Below are positions 1 through 12,111 of a stretch of DNA of 64,000 nucleotides, one piece after another. The stretch's first letter is position 1. The number at the start of each line of letters is the position of its first letter. The stretch lies in assembly GCF_001194135.2 (NCBI RefSeq), contig NC_068984.1:20101467-20165466 (forward strand), in the 5' to 3' direction. The translations under genes and the position numbers were made by a program. Origin of the DNA: Octopus bimaculoides. Lineage: Eukaryota. Under the pieces are notes generated by a model. It did no database searches, was not told where the DNA came from, and was given only the letters and a program-made list of their open reading frames with translations.

Positions 1-69
1 GAAATTTGGGTATTAAAGAGGAGATATTCCTTACTAGATCAAACGCATCAATTAACAATAAACACAAAG

Positions 70-194
70 TGAATGCGCATGTCAGATTTCTGTCCCTATT
101 TTTGATTCTGCGCAAAGCTACCAACGCTTCACCGTCCTCCATTTTCTCTTGACAAAGACGTTTTAAATTCGAGCTATTGAATTATAAGGTAAGC
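70..194 (+). promoter_or_regulatory. Putative promoter and non-coding first exon ending at donor AAG/GTAAGC (188/189)
   Basis: TGCGCATG (NRF1-like) at 74-81, a YY1-like CCATTTT at 139-145, elevated CpG over the first few kb and a near-consensus 5' splice site. No ATG on the plus strand between 130 and 188. Confidence 0.5.
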
Positions 195-721
195 TTAAAC
201 TGTTTCCTTTTAATTCCGTTTTCAATTTCCATTGAAAATACCGTTGCTTCAATTGTAAATATGTAATCACTTCCTTAATTCATTAATAAATACTAAGCCA
301 ACGTGCTCAAAGCAATTAGTGTCGCATGTTTCGCTAGAAAGTACGTCGGGGTACGTTTTCCACTAAGAAATAAAACAATAACTATGGAAAATTTTCTTTG
401 GCCGCATTATTTTAAAATCATTTCATGAGATACAAGCAGAGGGGGTTCGTACATATTTATTAATCTACATTTTAAAACTTTCTTGTTGAATTCCTAAACT
501 CAACTGATCACACTAACTTCAATTTACTTTGATGTTCGGTCATATTGCAGATTACAACTACAATACGACAATCTAGCTTCTCTCAATTGTAGTTTCATTG
601 AAGAGCAGATTACAATCTTTTGCAGATTCTAGTTACATAAAAACAGCAACCAGGTGAAGACATCGAATCATGTGTCATAGTTCTATAAAGTCCCGCCAGA
701 TACTGTAAATTTCGGGCTGCA

Positions 722-725
<4 letters not shown>

Positions 726-766
<41 letters not shown>
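726..766. repeat. (GT)n(TA)n microsatellite
   Basis: Seen directly. Confidence 0.95.
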
Positions 767-899
767 TCAGAGAGAAAGAAGAAAAACTCCCTGAGAATTC
801 TTTCTTGAATTTGGAGCAAGCTGTCACCTGTTCCTTATTTGGAAGCTGTAAGAGGATTACCAGAGATTTCCATCTCTTTTTTCATTGGTCTATCTAGAA

Positions 900-2100
900 C
901 TGTAGCACAAATAGTGTACAGCTTTCTTAACAATGAGCATACTGCTGCCATCATTAGCAAATTAGTTTAAAGATGAAAATACAGTTTACATTTTTACCAT
1001 GGCCACATAAATTGTCCAGCAAAGAACGAAACTTTACGCAACTGTAAAATGGTTGGGTATTTTCTGGAGCATGCCAGTCAAAAACAATTACAACATCAGC
1101 GTCTAGAACAGTCGTACACTTAGGGTACATCAAGGAAATGAACTTGAAAAAGGTATCAGCGCATATATAACTAACTAATGTATTTGGTGTTTCACTCGAT
1201 TCGGTTAATGTTACCAGTTTTATCGACAAGGATTTCTTTTTGAGAATTCCCCTGTTTTGAACATTGTGATCATGCCCTTGAATTATCCTGGAAACTCAGT
1301 CTAGACAGATTGTTTCTTCGTCCTTCTATACAGCAAACATCGCCTTAAGTATCTTTCCTTTATGAAAAGGTGCATAACCTGTGCTCTTCTACAACTGAAA
1401 CTCCCTTTCTAACTCGAGCGACCGTTAAAAAAAAATCGTTGTTCCTTGACTTGTTCCAGTATTGCTGACCCCTTGTATTTTCCCCCAACTCTGCAACGAT
1501 TTGGAACCAGCCGATACTAAATCTTGTCAGTTCTCTCTTCTTGATGAAATATTTATTAAGAAGGCCTCTTGATGACGGTACTATTGAGCCTTTGATCTCC
1601 CCATATCGATAACTAGTGGTAATAGTTAGAAATAGTAATACACAAAACCAATAAACTGCTATTGCTTTTTAGTTGACAATTCACGACCCACTGTTGAAGA
1701 TCTCTTACATTCTATTTCCTGATTTCCTGCAATATATTCTACTACAAACTTGATTTGAATGCAGCATATACCATCAGATGCCACACCACAAAGACTATAA
1801 GTGATACACTGCATTTCCAGCTGGTGGACACTTATTCTAGGTTGAAAGGTCATTATTAGTTGGTGTGACTAATGTCATAAGAGCTCTTCAAAGACTGATG
1901 GCTGGCATAATTATCGACATTGGCACTAAAAGATTTAAGGCCTATATAAATCCGATGGATAAATGGAGAGGAAATCACAAATTCACTACTTAAATTTCCT
2001 CATCACTCAACAAGAATCCGGAAAGCACTGGAAAGACTCAGTTTCTGAAACGTCAGTAAATGCTGAGAAATCATTTTTGTAATTTCCGGTCTAACTGCCT
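900..2100 (-). mobile_element. Highly degraded Gypsy-like pol relic (RNase H then integrase)
   Basis: Stop-riddled minus-strand translations FSAFTDVSET, SHQSLKS, FVVEYIAG and YICADTFFKF resemble, in order, the FxLxTDAS, TDHxxL, F-x-I-E-Y-x-x-G and integrase D-x-F-S-K-F motifs. Confidence 0.45.
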
Positions 2101-2449
2101 TTTGATATACCACTGGTTGATGCGGACAGACACCTTCAGTATTGAAATTAATCATTTGTAACGTGAAGCAACTGCTGAGAATCAAATCGTTTTATTCGAC
2201 ACAAACGATCGACTTAGGTATTCTTAACAAGTGTAAGCGTGTTCATGGCTGGCTACAAGTGTTCGATCAACGTAAAACAACGCACTTGAACTGTTATGTT
2301 ACAATGATTTTGTATGTGTATGCGCGAGCGTGTGTAAAGATATCATCCAAGTGTTTCGTTAATAAAATTTAATGCCGATTTTATTTTTAAAAGGCAGTTT
2401 TCGTTACCCTCATTGATAGTCAAAAATTAAAAGCTTTGTAATAATTAAT

Positions 2450-2718
2450 TCGTTTTATTGGCCACAAGGGCTAATATCAATTAAAAACATGTAAGAACAA
2501 AGACAGGACGAAGGTTACAAAAGGTCTTGTCCGAAAAGGTAGGAAAGTTCGTCTAAACAGAGGAAGAAAACGGAGAAAGATATTATAAATAAATTGATAA
2601 ATAAATTGATAAGTCAATAAATAGAACTCCCAAAGGGGGAGGCGCTTCGAAAAAGGAAAGGTTACACGTGGAAAAACCCATAAAACCACGGGAGCAATGT
2701 ATTCAATGTTTGGTGTAA
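2450..2718 (-). mobile_element. Probable 3' UTR of an L1/Tx1-like LINE
   Basis: T-rich minus-strand tail ending cccttgtggccAATAAA. Interrupted on its upstream side by the RTE insertion. The family assignment rests on motif memory only. Confidence 0.4.
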
Positions 2719-2729
2719 TCTAACACTTA

Positions 2730-3079
2730 TTCGTCGTCGGCGGCGTTTTACCGTGTGTCCGATAATTTATTTGGTATATTGTTGACCACTTCTTCCCCTC
2801 TGTCCGTGTATATGCTTCTGATGACTACTGAAGCCGATTCTTGTATGGAAGCGTCTGTTGCAAAGTTCACAAGAGATCCGTGGTGGAGGCTTTGGTTGTT
2901 GCAGCCTCCATTTTCTTTCTTGTCGTGTCTCTTCCTCTTTCCTCTGTCGTTCAGCTTCAAAACGATCTGTCACCGTGGAGATGGAATGATGCCAGCCGAG
3001 CCTATCCTGAGCTTCAATGACCCAGGCTTTGGGATCGATTCCAGTCTGTTTTAGGCTTTGTTTCGGCTCCGTGGCCGTC
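2730..3079 (-). mobile_element. 5'-truncated RTE-clade LINE with 11-bp target-site duplication
   Basis: ORF end LKQTGIDPKAWVIEAQDRLGW...CELCNRRFHTRIGFSSHQKHIH is the typical RTE C-terminus. TSD tctaacactta at 2719-2729 and 3080-3090. Confidence 0.9.
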
Positions 3080-3377
3080 TCTAACACTTAACAAAAATTT
3101 ATTAAGATGTCATCCACAACAAAAAAGAAACAGCACGTGATCGCTGAAGACTCGAAATGTGTGTGTGTGTGTATGGTGCGTTTGTGAATTGTGTGCGCGC
3201 GCATGTATAAATGAGTGCACAAGCGCGACTGCACATTTTGTAGGAGTGCAACTTTTTTTTTTAAAGATTTACTTTATACAATGTCAGTTAAGTTTTTCTG
3301 TTTTAACAGCTATGTCATATAGCCGCGCATTGTCATCGTTTTTGCATTGTTTCTGGGTAGTTGTTAATTGAAATGAA

Positions 3378-4325
3378 TGAGTGGCTGTGTGGTTAAGAAG
3401 CTCACTTTGTAACGACGTTGTTGCAGGTTCGGTCTTATTGCATGGTACCTTGGGCAAGTGTCTCTGATTATTGCTCTGAACAGGCCAGTGCCTTGTGGGT
3501 GAATTTGGTAGACGGAAACTATGTGGGAGCCGTTGTATATATGGGAGTGTGTCTTTGTATTTGCATTTGACCCCACCACCATTGAACAACCGGTATTGGT
3601 TTGTTTACGTCCCTTTAACTTAGCGATTCGGCAAAACAAGTATAGGATCTATTTTAAAACGGGGGCCACATTTTTCATTAATGTTTTATGTAGTGTTTTT
3701 GGTACGGAAAGACTTTCAAACTTCGTATACTTATCTATTTTGTGTTATAGAACAGAAAAATATTTTTGTATTCGAATTTATTTCATGTAAAAAATTGTCT
3801 TATTTCGATAATTTCAACCAATCACTGACAAGTATTCAGTTGTTTACATTTACTCCTTTGGCTGATTAAGCGATGTAAAGCGTATTTAATCTCCATACCT
3901 TCGTTTTATTTGCTTTTTTTCATTTTAAATTTGCTTTAACCCTAACTCTAACCGTAGGGTTAGGGTTAATTGTTTCAGAATCGTTTGTTTATGTAGTCGG
4001 CACTTAGTGTATATCGGCTGAATGGACGTCAGTGATTGGTTGAAATTACAGAAATACGACAACTTTCACATGGAATAACTTATGGATTTCTTTTTTTTTT
4101 AAGAAGACTAAGAGAAAAAGATGTTTTATATGACACATTCTACCAGTGTTCCAAGTTTCAAAGTGTTTCGTTAATGAAAAATGTGGCCCCCGTTTTAAAA
4201 AAGATCCCAAGTATAAATACCAGACTTGAAAAAAGAAGTACTGGGGTTATGTTTTACAGAACTCTTCAAGGCAGTGCCCCAGCATGGCCGCAGTTCAATG
4301 ACTGAAACAAGTGAAAGAAGATAAA
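3378..4325 (+). mobile_element. tRNA-derived SINE (family A) split by the MITE
   Basis: A-box-like tggctgtgtggttaag, core ttgggcaagtgt...tttggtagacggaaact and tail cagcatggccgcagttcaatgactgaaacaag resuming after 4215. Confidence 0.8.
3645..4207. mobile_element. Non-autonomous DNA transposon (MITE), Merlin-like: 37-bp TIRs starting GG, 8-bp TSD
   Basis: TIRs 3645-3681 and 4171-4207 match at 36/37. TSD caagtata at 3637-3644 and 4208-4215. Inserted into a SINE. Confidence 0.88.
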
Positions 4326-4374
4326 GATTATCTCAAGATTCTATTATGCTATTCGCTTTCCTTCTTGATTACAG

Positions 4375-4428
4375 TTTTATGAACCGTGTATCTTCTTATT
4401 CAGAGTTGTATGTGATGTTGGGGTTTAT
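4375..4428 (+). CDS. Possible start-codon exon (ATG at 4379): MNRVSSYSELYVMLGF
   Basis: Strong acceptor ttcgctttccttcttgattacag and donor gtaaga. The link to downstream exons is not established. Confidence 0.3.
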
Positions 4429-5879
4429 GTAAGACGTTGTGCGTTGCAGGGGAGCATAGTGAGATTAGTCTGTTTCATTAACATTAAGAAGTAGGTAACT
4501 ACCGTATGGACAAGGGATTTTATTAATCACATAAGCTGCTTAAGTATTGCTGCGTAGTCATTTAATTACAAAAGGAGATGTTAGAAAAGGATCAGATTCA
4601 ACATAATGAAACATGGACTTGGAAGCAATCATCACTACTGAATATCCTGTTGTAATATAACTTTTGCTGTGATGTATAAAACAAACACAACATTAATTTG
4701 TATCAAGAAGCCATCGTGTTTTTGAGTGGCAGTAGGGCTAACATGCATTTCTCTTCTACATCTGGGCAGTTGCTTGACCGGCAATACTGAGTAGCCAAAT
4801 TTTGCCTTTAAATACAATCCACTTCAGAGTCTTAAAAGACTAAAAAAAATCACTAGGATAATGTAATCTTAGACCTTTTATCTTTTACTTGTTTCAGTAA
4901 TTGGACAGCGGCCATGCTGGGGCACCATCTTGAAGGGTTAAGTCGAACAAATTGACCTTACCACTTATTTTTATAGGTTTCTTTTGTTGAACTGCTAATA
5001 TAGGTATACAAAAAAAGAGGTGGGGGGAGATAGTCAATGGAGGAATCGTTTTGGTCATCTGCTCGATGAGCACTGACAAGGGACTAAACAACTACAATAA
5101 CAACAATCGCTACAACAAAATCTCGATACCTCGAGCCAATATGGCCGACCAGCCTGTAAAAAATAGCAACTAAATCTCCCTTAAGCTACATCCTACCGTC
5201 TTAAAAAAAAAAGACGCTCTGAATAATGTCGTCTTAAAAACACTATTTCTGAAAAAACAGACATGATAGTCTTGGTTTGAATACCTTTGATCATTGATCT
5301 GTTTTATCAGGACAAATTTGGGGGCTAAGCAATGAGACTTCGCACAATTTAGTCTTTAGCTGGTTTTAGCGAAATTCCGTCTGTTGTAAGGATTTGAACA
5401 CGACATCTAATTCCCTGCTCGCAGACGATTATTCTTTTCTAATGCCATTGAGTAGCAAATTTTGTGGGCGGGTATCAACCACATCAATGACTAGGGATGG
5501 TGGTGATGTCTCTTCCCTCCATTATCTCATTAAAAATGTCCCCTATTCATTGACATAGTTGTTCTCTTTTGAATTTTTTGTCATATTTTAAATTATAGCG
5601 TTTCTTTTCTACACTTTATGCACTTGTTTCTCAGCTGCATGTCGTACATATTTCATTTCACACAGCATCTGCTAAAACCATCACTTCACTCTCAATTTGC
5701 CACCCGCATCACCTGCAGTTCCCTCTGTCTCTACTTCACCTCGTCTTTCCCTTTTCCTCGCTTATCACTCATCTCTCTTTCTCACTTTTATTGGTTCCAT
5801 TTTGTAGCTCACCATAACATTTGTAAAGTAGAGTGATATACGTCATGATTACATGCTTACTACACCCATATCACATGAC

Positions 5880-6400
5880 TCACTATTATTTAACAGGTTA
5901 ACGAATTCGATGAAGGAATCTTGAATATTCAGTTACCTGAGGCTTCTGGAGGTACAGGGCTTCTTATGACTAGGTGTTTCTTTATCACTAAATGTTAACA
6001 GTTGTTGAGAGTCTCTAATGTTGAATAGTATTCCAAAATGAGTGAAATTTTTCACATTCTAACATCCACAGCCATGACTTTCTTTCCAGTTTGATGATAT
6101 TATTGTTCGATTTTTTTAAATGCTTAAGAGGAATAGGAAATAATATGACATTCTAGCTTGGAGTCATCTTGTACAATTGTGGCGGTCAATCCAACAGAAC
6201 TGGTGTTGATATAAATAGAAGTTTTCTGTTTGGTATCAAAGTGTGATAATAATGTACGTGATGTTAGGCCGTGTTTCAATTCTTTAAATCACAGTTAAAT
6301 GTTGCATTTTTCCTAGATGTGATGATTTCTTTGATAGTAAAATTTACTGTAAATTATCTTACCCAGGTGTGAAAAGATTGTTGTTGGTTGCTTTCTATAA
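5880..6400 (-). mobile_element. Degraded Gypsy LTR-retrotransposon RNase H relic (probably extends to about 6900)
   Basis: Minus-strand LSHFDTKQKTSIYINTSSVGLTATIVQ...IISYSS*AFKKIEQ*Y...CEKFH mirrors LAHFDP...DASxxGLGAVLxQ...IAYASRAL..TEQRY...CEKFH. Confidence 0.7.
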
Positions 6401-7929
6401 AATCAAGAACAAAAAAAAAATTCCATTTTCCACAAATGAATGTCCGTACAATCTGTTTACTCGCTGGATATTCTCTGAAGAAAAACTTCTATATTACCAT
6501 CATATGAATCAATTTCTTATAAAGGATATTTAAGCTATAGAATTGCTTGGGTTTTGTGGGACCTAAACGGAGAGTATCTCGAAAAAAATATCTTTTGGTA
6601 GCAACTGATGAATGCACGTATTACCCTTTTGCTTCTTGCGTCCGCAAACTCGATGGCACAAATGGCTAGTCTTTCTAATTCGAACACCTGATGCTATTCA
6701 TTTTATGTTTATGGAAGTGTAAAATTTTTCTTACTGCTCTAGGAATTGTACAAAGCAGAACTAATCTTTACGACTTTAGATGAAATAAGCTATGCAAAAA
6801 GAATGAATCAGACAAATGATGTCAGCATCGTTAACTTGAAAGTAATAGGATCTCCCAGGATCTCTTTGAAAGGATATTCTTTTTAGAATAGTTCCTTTAA
6901 TTTGTTATCTGCTCACAACGGCTAACCAATAAACCTCTTCCTTGTCATTTTTATTTTTAGACGCTGTTATCTAGTAGTGCTTCCATTACTTCTTAGTTAA
7001 TTTATCTTTATAATATAAATCTATGTTGAATTTTAAATATGAATCAAGTTTATAGAATGAATTAAACAATGGTTATATTCATCAATGATGATAACAGAAT
7101 TTCTTAAAAGAGTAAACGTGACCAAGAATCGCTTGAACTTAGATCTTGTAGATCTAAGAACTTAGCTCTACAAGAGTAAGTGTAGATTTACTAGCAAGCA
7201 AATACAGTCCTTAATGTGAATGCATTCGGTGAGCTGGCCAAATCATTAGTGTCGATTCTTTACAATCTAAATTCAAATCTTGCCATGGTCAGCTTTGCCC
7301 TTTCATCCTTTCGCCGTCAATAAAAGTACTTGTCAAGTATTGGAGTCGATTATATTGATTAATCCCCTCCCCTCAAAATAGCTGGCTATGAGCCAAATCA
7401 GAAACCATTATGAAAGAAGGTAAGTAAAAGATAAAAGACATGACATTTATGTGGATGTTGCATAATATTCGTGCCCATTTATATCGGGTGCCGTGACTCT
7501 TGTCACATGACCATTACTGTTTAACATAATTACCTATCTGAATGAAGAAAATTTTATTATTCAAATAATTAAGGAAATAAATCATTTTAAATCACCCTCA
7601 ACCTTTTTTTCTTCCAAAAGTTTTTTTAACCAAATATATTACATGCTACTATTCATAGTTCTAATCCTTTTCACTCACTGTCTCAAAGCTTCTAGATGAT
7701 TTAAGCAAACGGAATAAGGCTTCTAGAGGGAAAGGATTTTGGTAAAGGCTGTACTTCGCTAAACACTTTATTGCGCGAATACATTATTGATATTAGCATG
7801 TTACAAGACATACTTGCATGCTTCACATTCATTATAAACATTACAACCTGTCTCATAAAATTGCTCTCAAGTGATAGAATGCTAATATTTAGAGACAAAG
7901 CAATTTCAAAACTTCATGTCTTTCGAATA

Positions 7930-8097
7930 TTCATTTCTCAATTATATTTTGTCTCCAAAAGTAAGAGTGTTTTTAGCATCATTCTGTCTTGGCTTAATTT
8001 TTAGTTCATTTCTCAATTATATTTTGTGTCCAAAAGTGAGACTGTTTTTAACATCATTTTGTTTAGGAGAGACAACGCTGTCTTGGCTTAATTTTTA
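7930..8097 (+). repeat. Local tandem duplication (75 bp plus a 93-bp variant)
   Basis: ttcatttctcaattatattttgt...ctgtcttggcttaattttta occurs twice in a row. Confidence 0.85.
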
Positions 8098-8685
8098 ATT
8101 CAAAGCAAGAGACACTTAACAGTTTCTTATTTCATATAATTACAGCAAAAACCTAAGAGAGAAGGAAGTAATAGTGCCAAAATATTAAAAGAATTAAAGA
8201 AAAAAGAAAAACTCTAAAAAGGAATATATACACTTTGTATTAACGGAAGCAACCTACAATACTTGCTGTATTACCACAAATAATTTTTTTCTTTCTAATC
8301 TTGCCACAAGGCTTATGATTTTGAGAGGAGAGACAATCTGATTATATTGACTCCAGTGCCAGACAGGTACTTAACTTTATCAACTCCAAAATGATGAAAG
8401 GCAAAGTTAACCTCGATGTAATTTGAACTCAGAACATAAAGAACCGGAAGAAATGTACTACAAAGCATTTATTTGTGAGGCAAAAAAAAAAATCTAAAAC
8501 AGCTGTAAGCCTCACTCTAGAGAGCGCCACATGACACTTCAAGTCAGAAGAAACACAAATGATGTCATGTACTACGTGCTTAGCAATGCAGCTCCACCAA
8601 CCATCATGTGTTCTTGGAAGTAATTCTACGAAGTATTTTCCACGTCCAGTGTATGTAATTCTTTATATAAAGTTTGCGTAACCTT

Positions 8686-8722
<37 letters not shown>

Positions 8723-10208
8723 GAGCAAAAGATAAATTATATCTGTACAGTGAAAGATGCTTACACTATTAGAATTTTGAAACTTCAAGAGCTAGGAAAT
8801 AAAATATTTTTAAAGCTAGAGCTCGAAGTAGATAAAGTTATAAATAATAGTGTGTAGAAAATTGGGTTATAAAAAAAACCCTTGGATGGAAAAAGTCAAA
8901 GGGAAAAGAACGTCTGTCATGTTTACAGTGGATATGGGCTCATGCCCCATGGACAGCCTTCAGGGTGAGAGAGTTCCACGCAAGAGCCTTTGTAACCCAA
9001 TGTCCTACATGCTAGTATTTATAGCTTTAATTACTTCAAGTTCCACCATTAAAAATAATTTACTTGATAGAAGTTTATATCAGTTTGGCAATGCAGAATG
9101 TGAAATTTAGCAATGCAACTGGTACAAAGCTAAATCAATTGGTTCTTGTCTGCTAGGGTTACTTATTTTACCATATTTCAAAGAATGAAAAATAAAGTCT
9201 ACCCAAGTGTAGTTTAAAATCAAAATGTAAAATGATTGGAATGAAAATGTTAAAGTGTTCTGCCATTTCAGTAAACAAGGGAGCTGCTCTCAAATCACAA
9301 TTGGCCATCTTAAACAGGGAAATGAGACATTAAATAATTCTGTCCTAAAAAGATAAGATTGTTGTAGCTGCAATACCCTTTAATCATAAGCAGAGCCTAT
9401 AGAATGGAGTTTAGCCAGCACATCATTAAGACAGTCAGGGACCAAGGAATATCTAATAATTCCCATTTTGTGAAAATATATTTTAAAAAAAAAGCCTGTC
9501 AAGGCTTCCTTGAATTTTGAGATGGAATAAGGAAAACTCCCCAAAAGCTGTTTTGTTCCGCTGTGTAAACTTTCTCTCAGCAGCTTTGATCATAGATCTG
9601 TTCAATCAGAGCTGACCTAAGGATAATCAAGTTGACTTTAATTAGCTGCTCATCATCTACTCAATATCATTAACTATTCACATTCACAATCCAAAACGGA
9701 AGCCTGAGGCTAGCAAAGTATCAGATTTTCTCACACACAATAATACATACCACACTGTAATTGGTTACCAAGTGATGTTGCCAAATCAGACAACTAATCA
9801 ATGCAAACATTAAAAAAGGAGAAAAGAATAATGATTGCCTTATTTATCCAATTCGTTAATGTGTGAATAGAATCAAATGATGCATTTTCTTGATTAGATG
9901 ACTGCATCAATGGATGGTTAACCTTAATGACTCCTTGAAGGTTTTTCTCGAGAGCCTTAGCAGGGTTAGCTAAATATCTAAAACCAGGAATTGAACCAGT
10001 TTTATAGATTCAGTTTGTCAGTAGTGCCAGTAGCATGAAAAAAAGCACCCAGTACACTCTGTAAAGCAGTTGGCATTAGGAAGGGAATCCAGTCATAGAA
10101 ACCATGCCAAAAATTATATTGGAACTCGATGCAGCCCTAATGTTTGCTAGTCCCCACTCAAACCATCGAGCCAATGCCAGCATGGAAAGTGGACATTAAA
10201 TAATGATG

Positions 10209-10212
<4 letters not shown>

Positions 10213-10291
<79 letters not shown>
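10213..10291. repeat. (TA)n microsatellite of about 39 units
   Basis: Seen directly. Confidence 0.97.
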
Positions 10292-10296
<5 letters not shown>

Positions 10297-11259
10297 CATA
10301 GAGAGAGAAAGATTCAAATGAATTTGGTACTTAAGTTGAATCACCAAAAATTAGTGCAGTATTATCTGTGCAACTTCAAAACAAGGTGAATAAAATGAAA
10401 ATAAGCAACAGGATGTCCAGAGGTGATGCAGTACAACCGTTTCAAGCAGCTTCATTTAATTGAACAATGCAATCATTACATCAATTTATATGCAGGGCTA
10501 TCGTCAGCTGCATAAATAAATAAATGGGATTTTTTTTTTAATCAGTTGGACACATTTGTATAATTTTACTTAAATCTTATTAGTGGATTTAATTCTAAGC
10601 ATATTGCCATGTGTGGGTTATACAACTTAACCCTTCACCAGATACAACAGACATATTACTCTGGCATCCGTGTTGGGTACATATATATGACTATGATACA
10701 TGTACCCCAGTAAAGCGAAACTTATGATAATAAAGCTTTATATTACTCAGAATGTATGAAGCAAAGGTTAACTAAAAGTCTGAAAACCAGTTTGGACATT
10801 AAGGACAAACTTTAGGAAAATGCTTTGGACAGGCAAAGGGTTAACTATTAAAAGAGTAAACTAAAATAAGCTTTTCATAAAATGTAGTCAGTATGTGGAT
10901 GTTTTCACAAGCACTTCCTCTTTGCTCCACTGCATATGTGGCTAATTAGAAGCACTGTTTCGAAGATCTTCACACAATTGGATGTCAACACTCCCAAAAA
11001 TAAAACCTTTTATGAAAATGCTTTTCTCTGCCAGTGTATCAGACATCTGGAATATATAGACATCTAAATATCTGTCTATGGAGTATTCAGTGCAAGTTCT
11101 ATAGTATATAATAAGATGTTTTGTGTAAACCTAGAGCATAATATCCTGTACAGTGTTATTGTAATATAATGGAAATCTAGAGAAAGTGAATAATACAGTT
11201 GTATTTTAGCCTCACCTATTTGGATGAACAGAGAGCAGATTATGTAAACAAATGCCTAC

Positions 11260-11324
11260 GTATTTACATACATACACGTATATATGCATATATGAACATA
11301 CAAACATACATAGTGTACATACAC

Positions 11325-11367
<43 letters not shown>

Positions 11368-11516
11368 TGCATATATTTGTTCGTGTGTATAAGCATACAT
11401 GCATATATATGCACATATATACAAATACATGCATACATATATGTGCATATATACGTATGCATGTATATATACATATATATTACATATACATGTGTATATG
11501 TATATATACAAATGTG

Positions 11517-11578
<62 letters not shown>

Positions 11579-11600
11579 TATACTTGTGTGTGTGTGTATC
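11260..11600. repeat. Compound TA/CA/TG low-complexity tract
   Basis: Seen directly. Source of several spurious YI/HT-rich ORFs. Confidence 0.95.
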
Positions 11601-11954
11601 TGTGGCAGAGAGATATGATGTGCATGTATTAGACATGCACTCAATAAACAAAATGGTTAAGTCCCATTCTTGTCTACATATGAGCAAAATCAATGCTTCC
11701 TCTAAGCCATATGGATGCTCAACTGAGCAGCCACTGTATTGGTACCATTCACTTTGAAATGTTACCAATCATTCTAATTTTTAAATGTATATATACAGGC
11801 ACAGGGATGGCTGTGTGGTAAGAGATTTGTTGTCCAGCCACCTGTTTCCAGGTTCAATCCTCTGCATAGCACCAGCTACTACTATAGTGCCAGCCAAAGC
11901 CTGTGAGTGGGTTTGGTAGACAGAAACTAAAGAAGCCATTGTGTATATATGTAT

Positions 11955-12111
11955 ACTCTCTGAGTGGTTGGCGTTAGGAAGGGCATCCAGTTGTAGAAAC
12001 TCTGCCAAATCAGATTGGAGCCTGGTGTTGCCATCCGGTTTCACCACTCCTCAGTCAAATCGTCCAACCCATGCTAGCATGGAAGGTGGACGTTAAACGA
12101 TGATGATGATG
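11955..12111 (+). mobile_element. (GAT)n-tailed retroposon (family B) inserted in a family A SINE, 8-bp TSD
   Basis: ggttggcgttaggaagggcatccag...ggacgttaaacgatgatgat. TSD atatgtat at 11947-11954 and 12112-12119. Confidence 0.85.

Noticed and set aside
3378-3450. tRNA genes
   Set aside because: The A/B-box-like heads continue into SINE bodies and do not form a cloverleaf.
3936-3969. Interstitial telomere or chromosome fusion site
   Set aside because: Only about 2 units per arm, and they lie inside a TIR/TSD-bounded MITE.
5897-5955. Exon-like VNEFDEGILNIQLPEASG on the plus strand
   Set aside because: It is the antisense of the Gypsy RNase H relic, and its donor is weak.
8751-8827. Possible plus-strand exons at 8751-8827 (KDAYTIRILKLQELGNKIFLKLELE) and 11210-11243 (LTYLDEQRADY)
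   Set aside because: Open frames, but the splice signals are weak and they cannot be told apart from chance without RNA data.
11199-11768. Long ORFs rich in YI, HT and CV (also at 22660-23269, 38148-38611 and 57161-57558)
   Set aside because: They are translations of dinucleotide microsatellites or N-runs.
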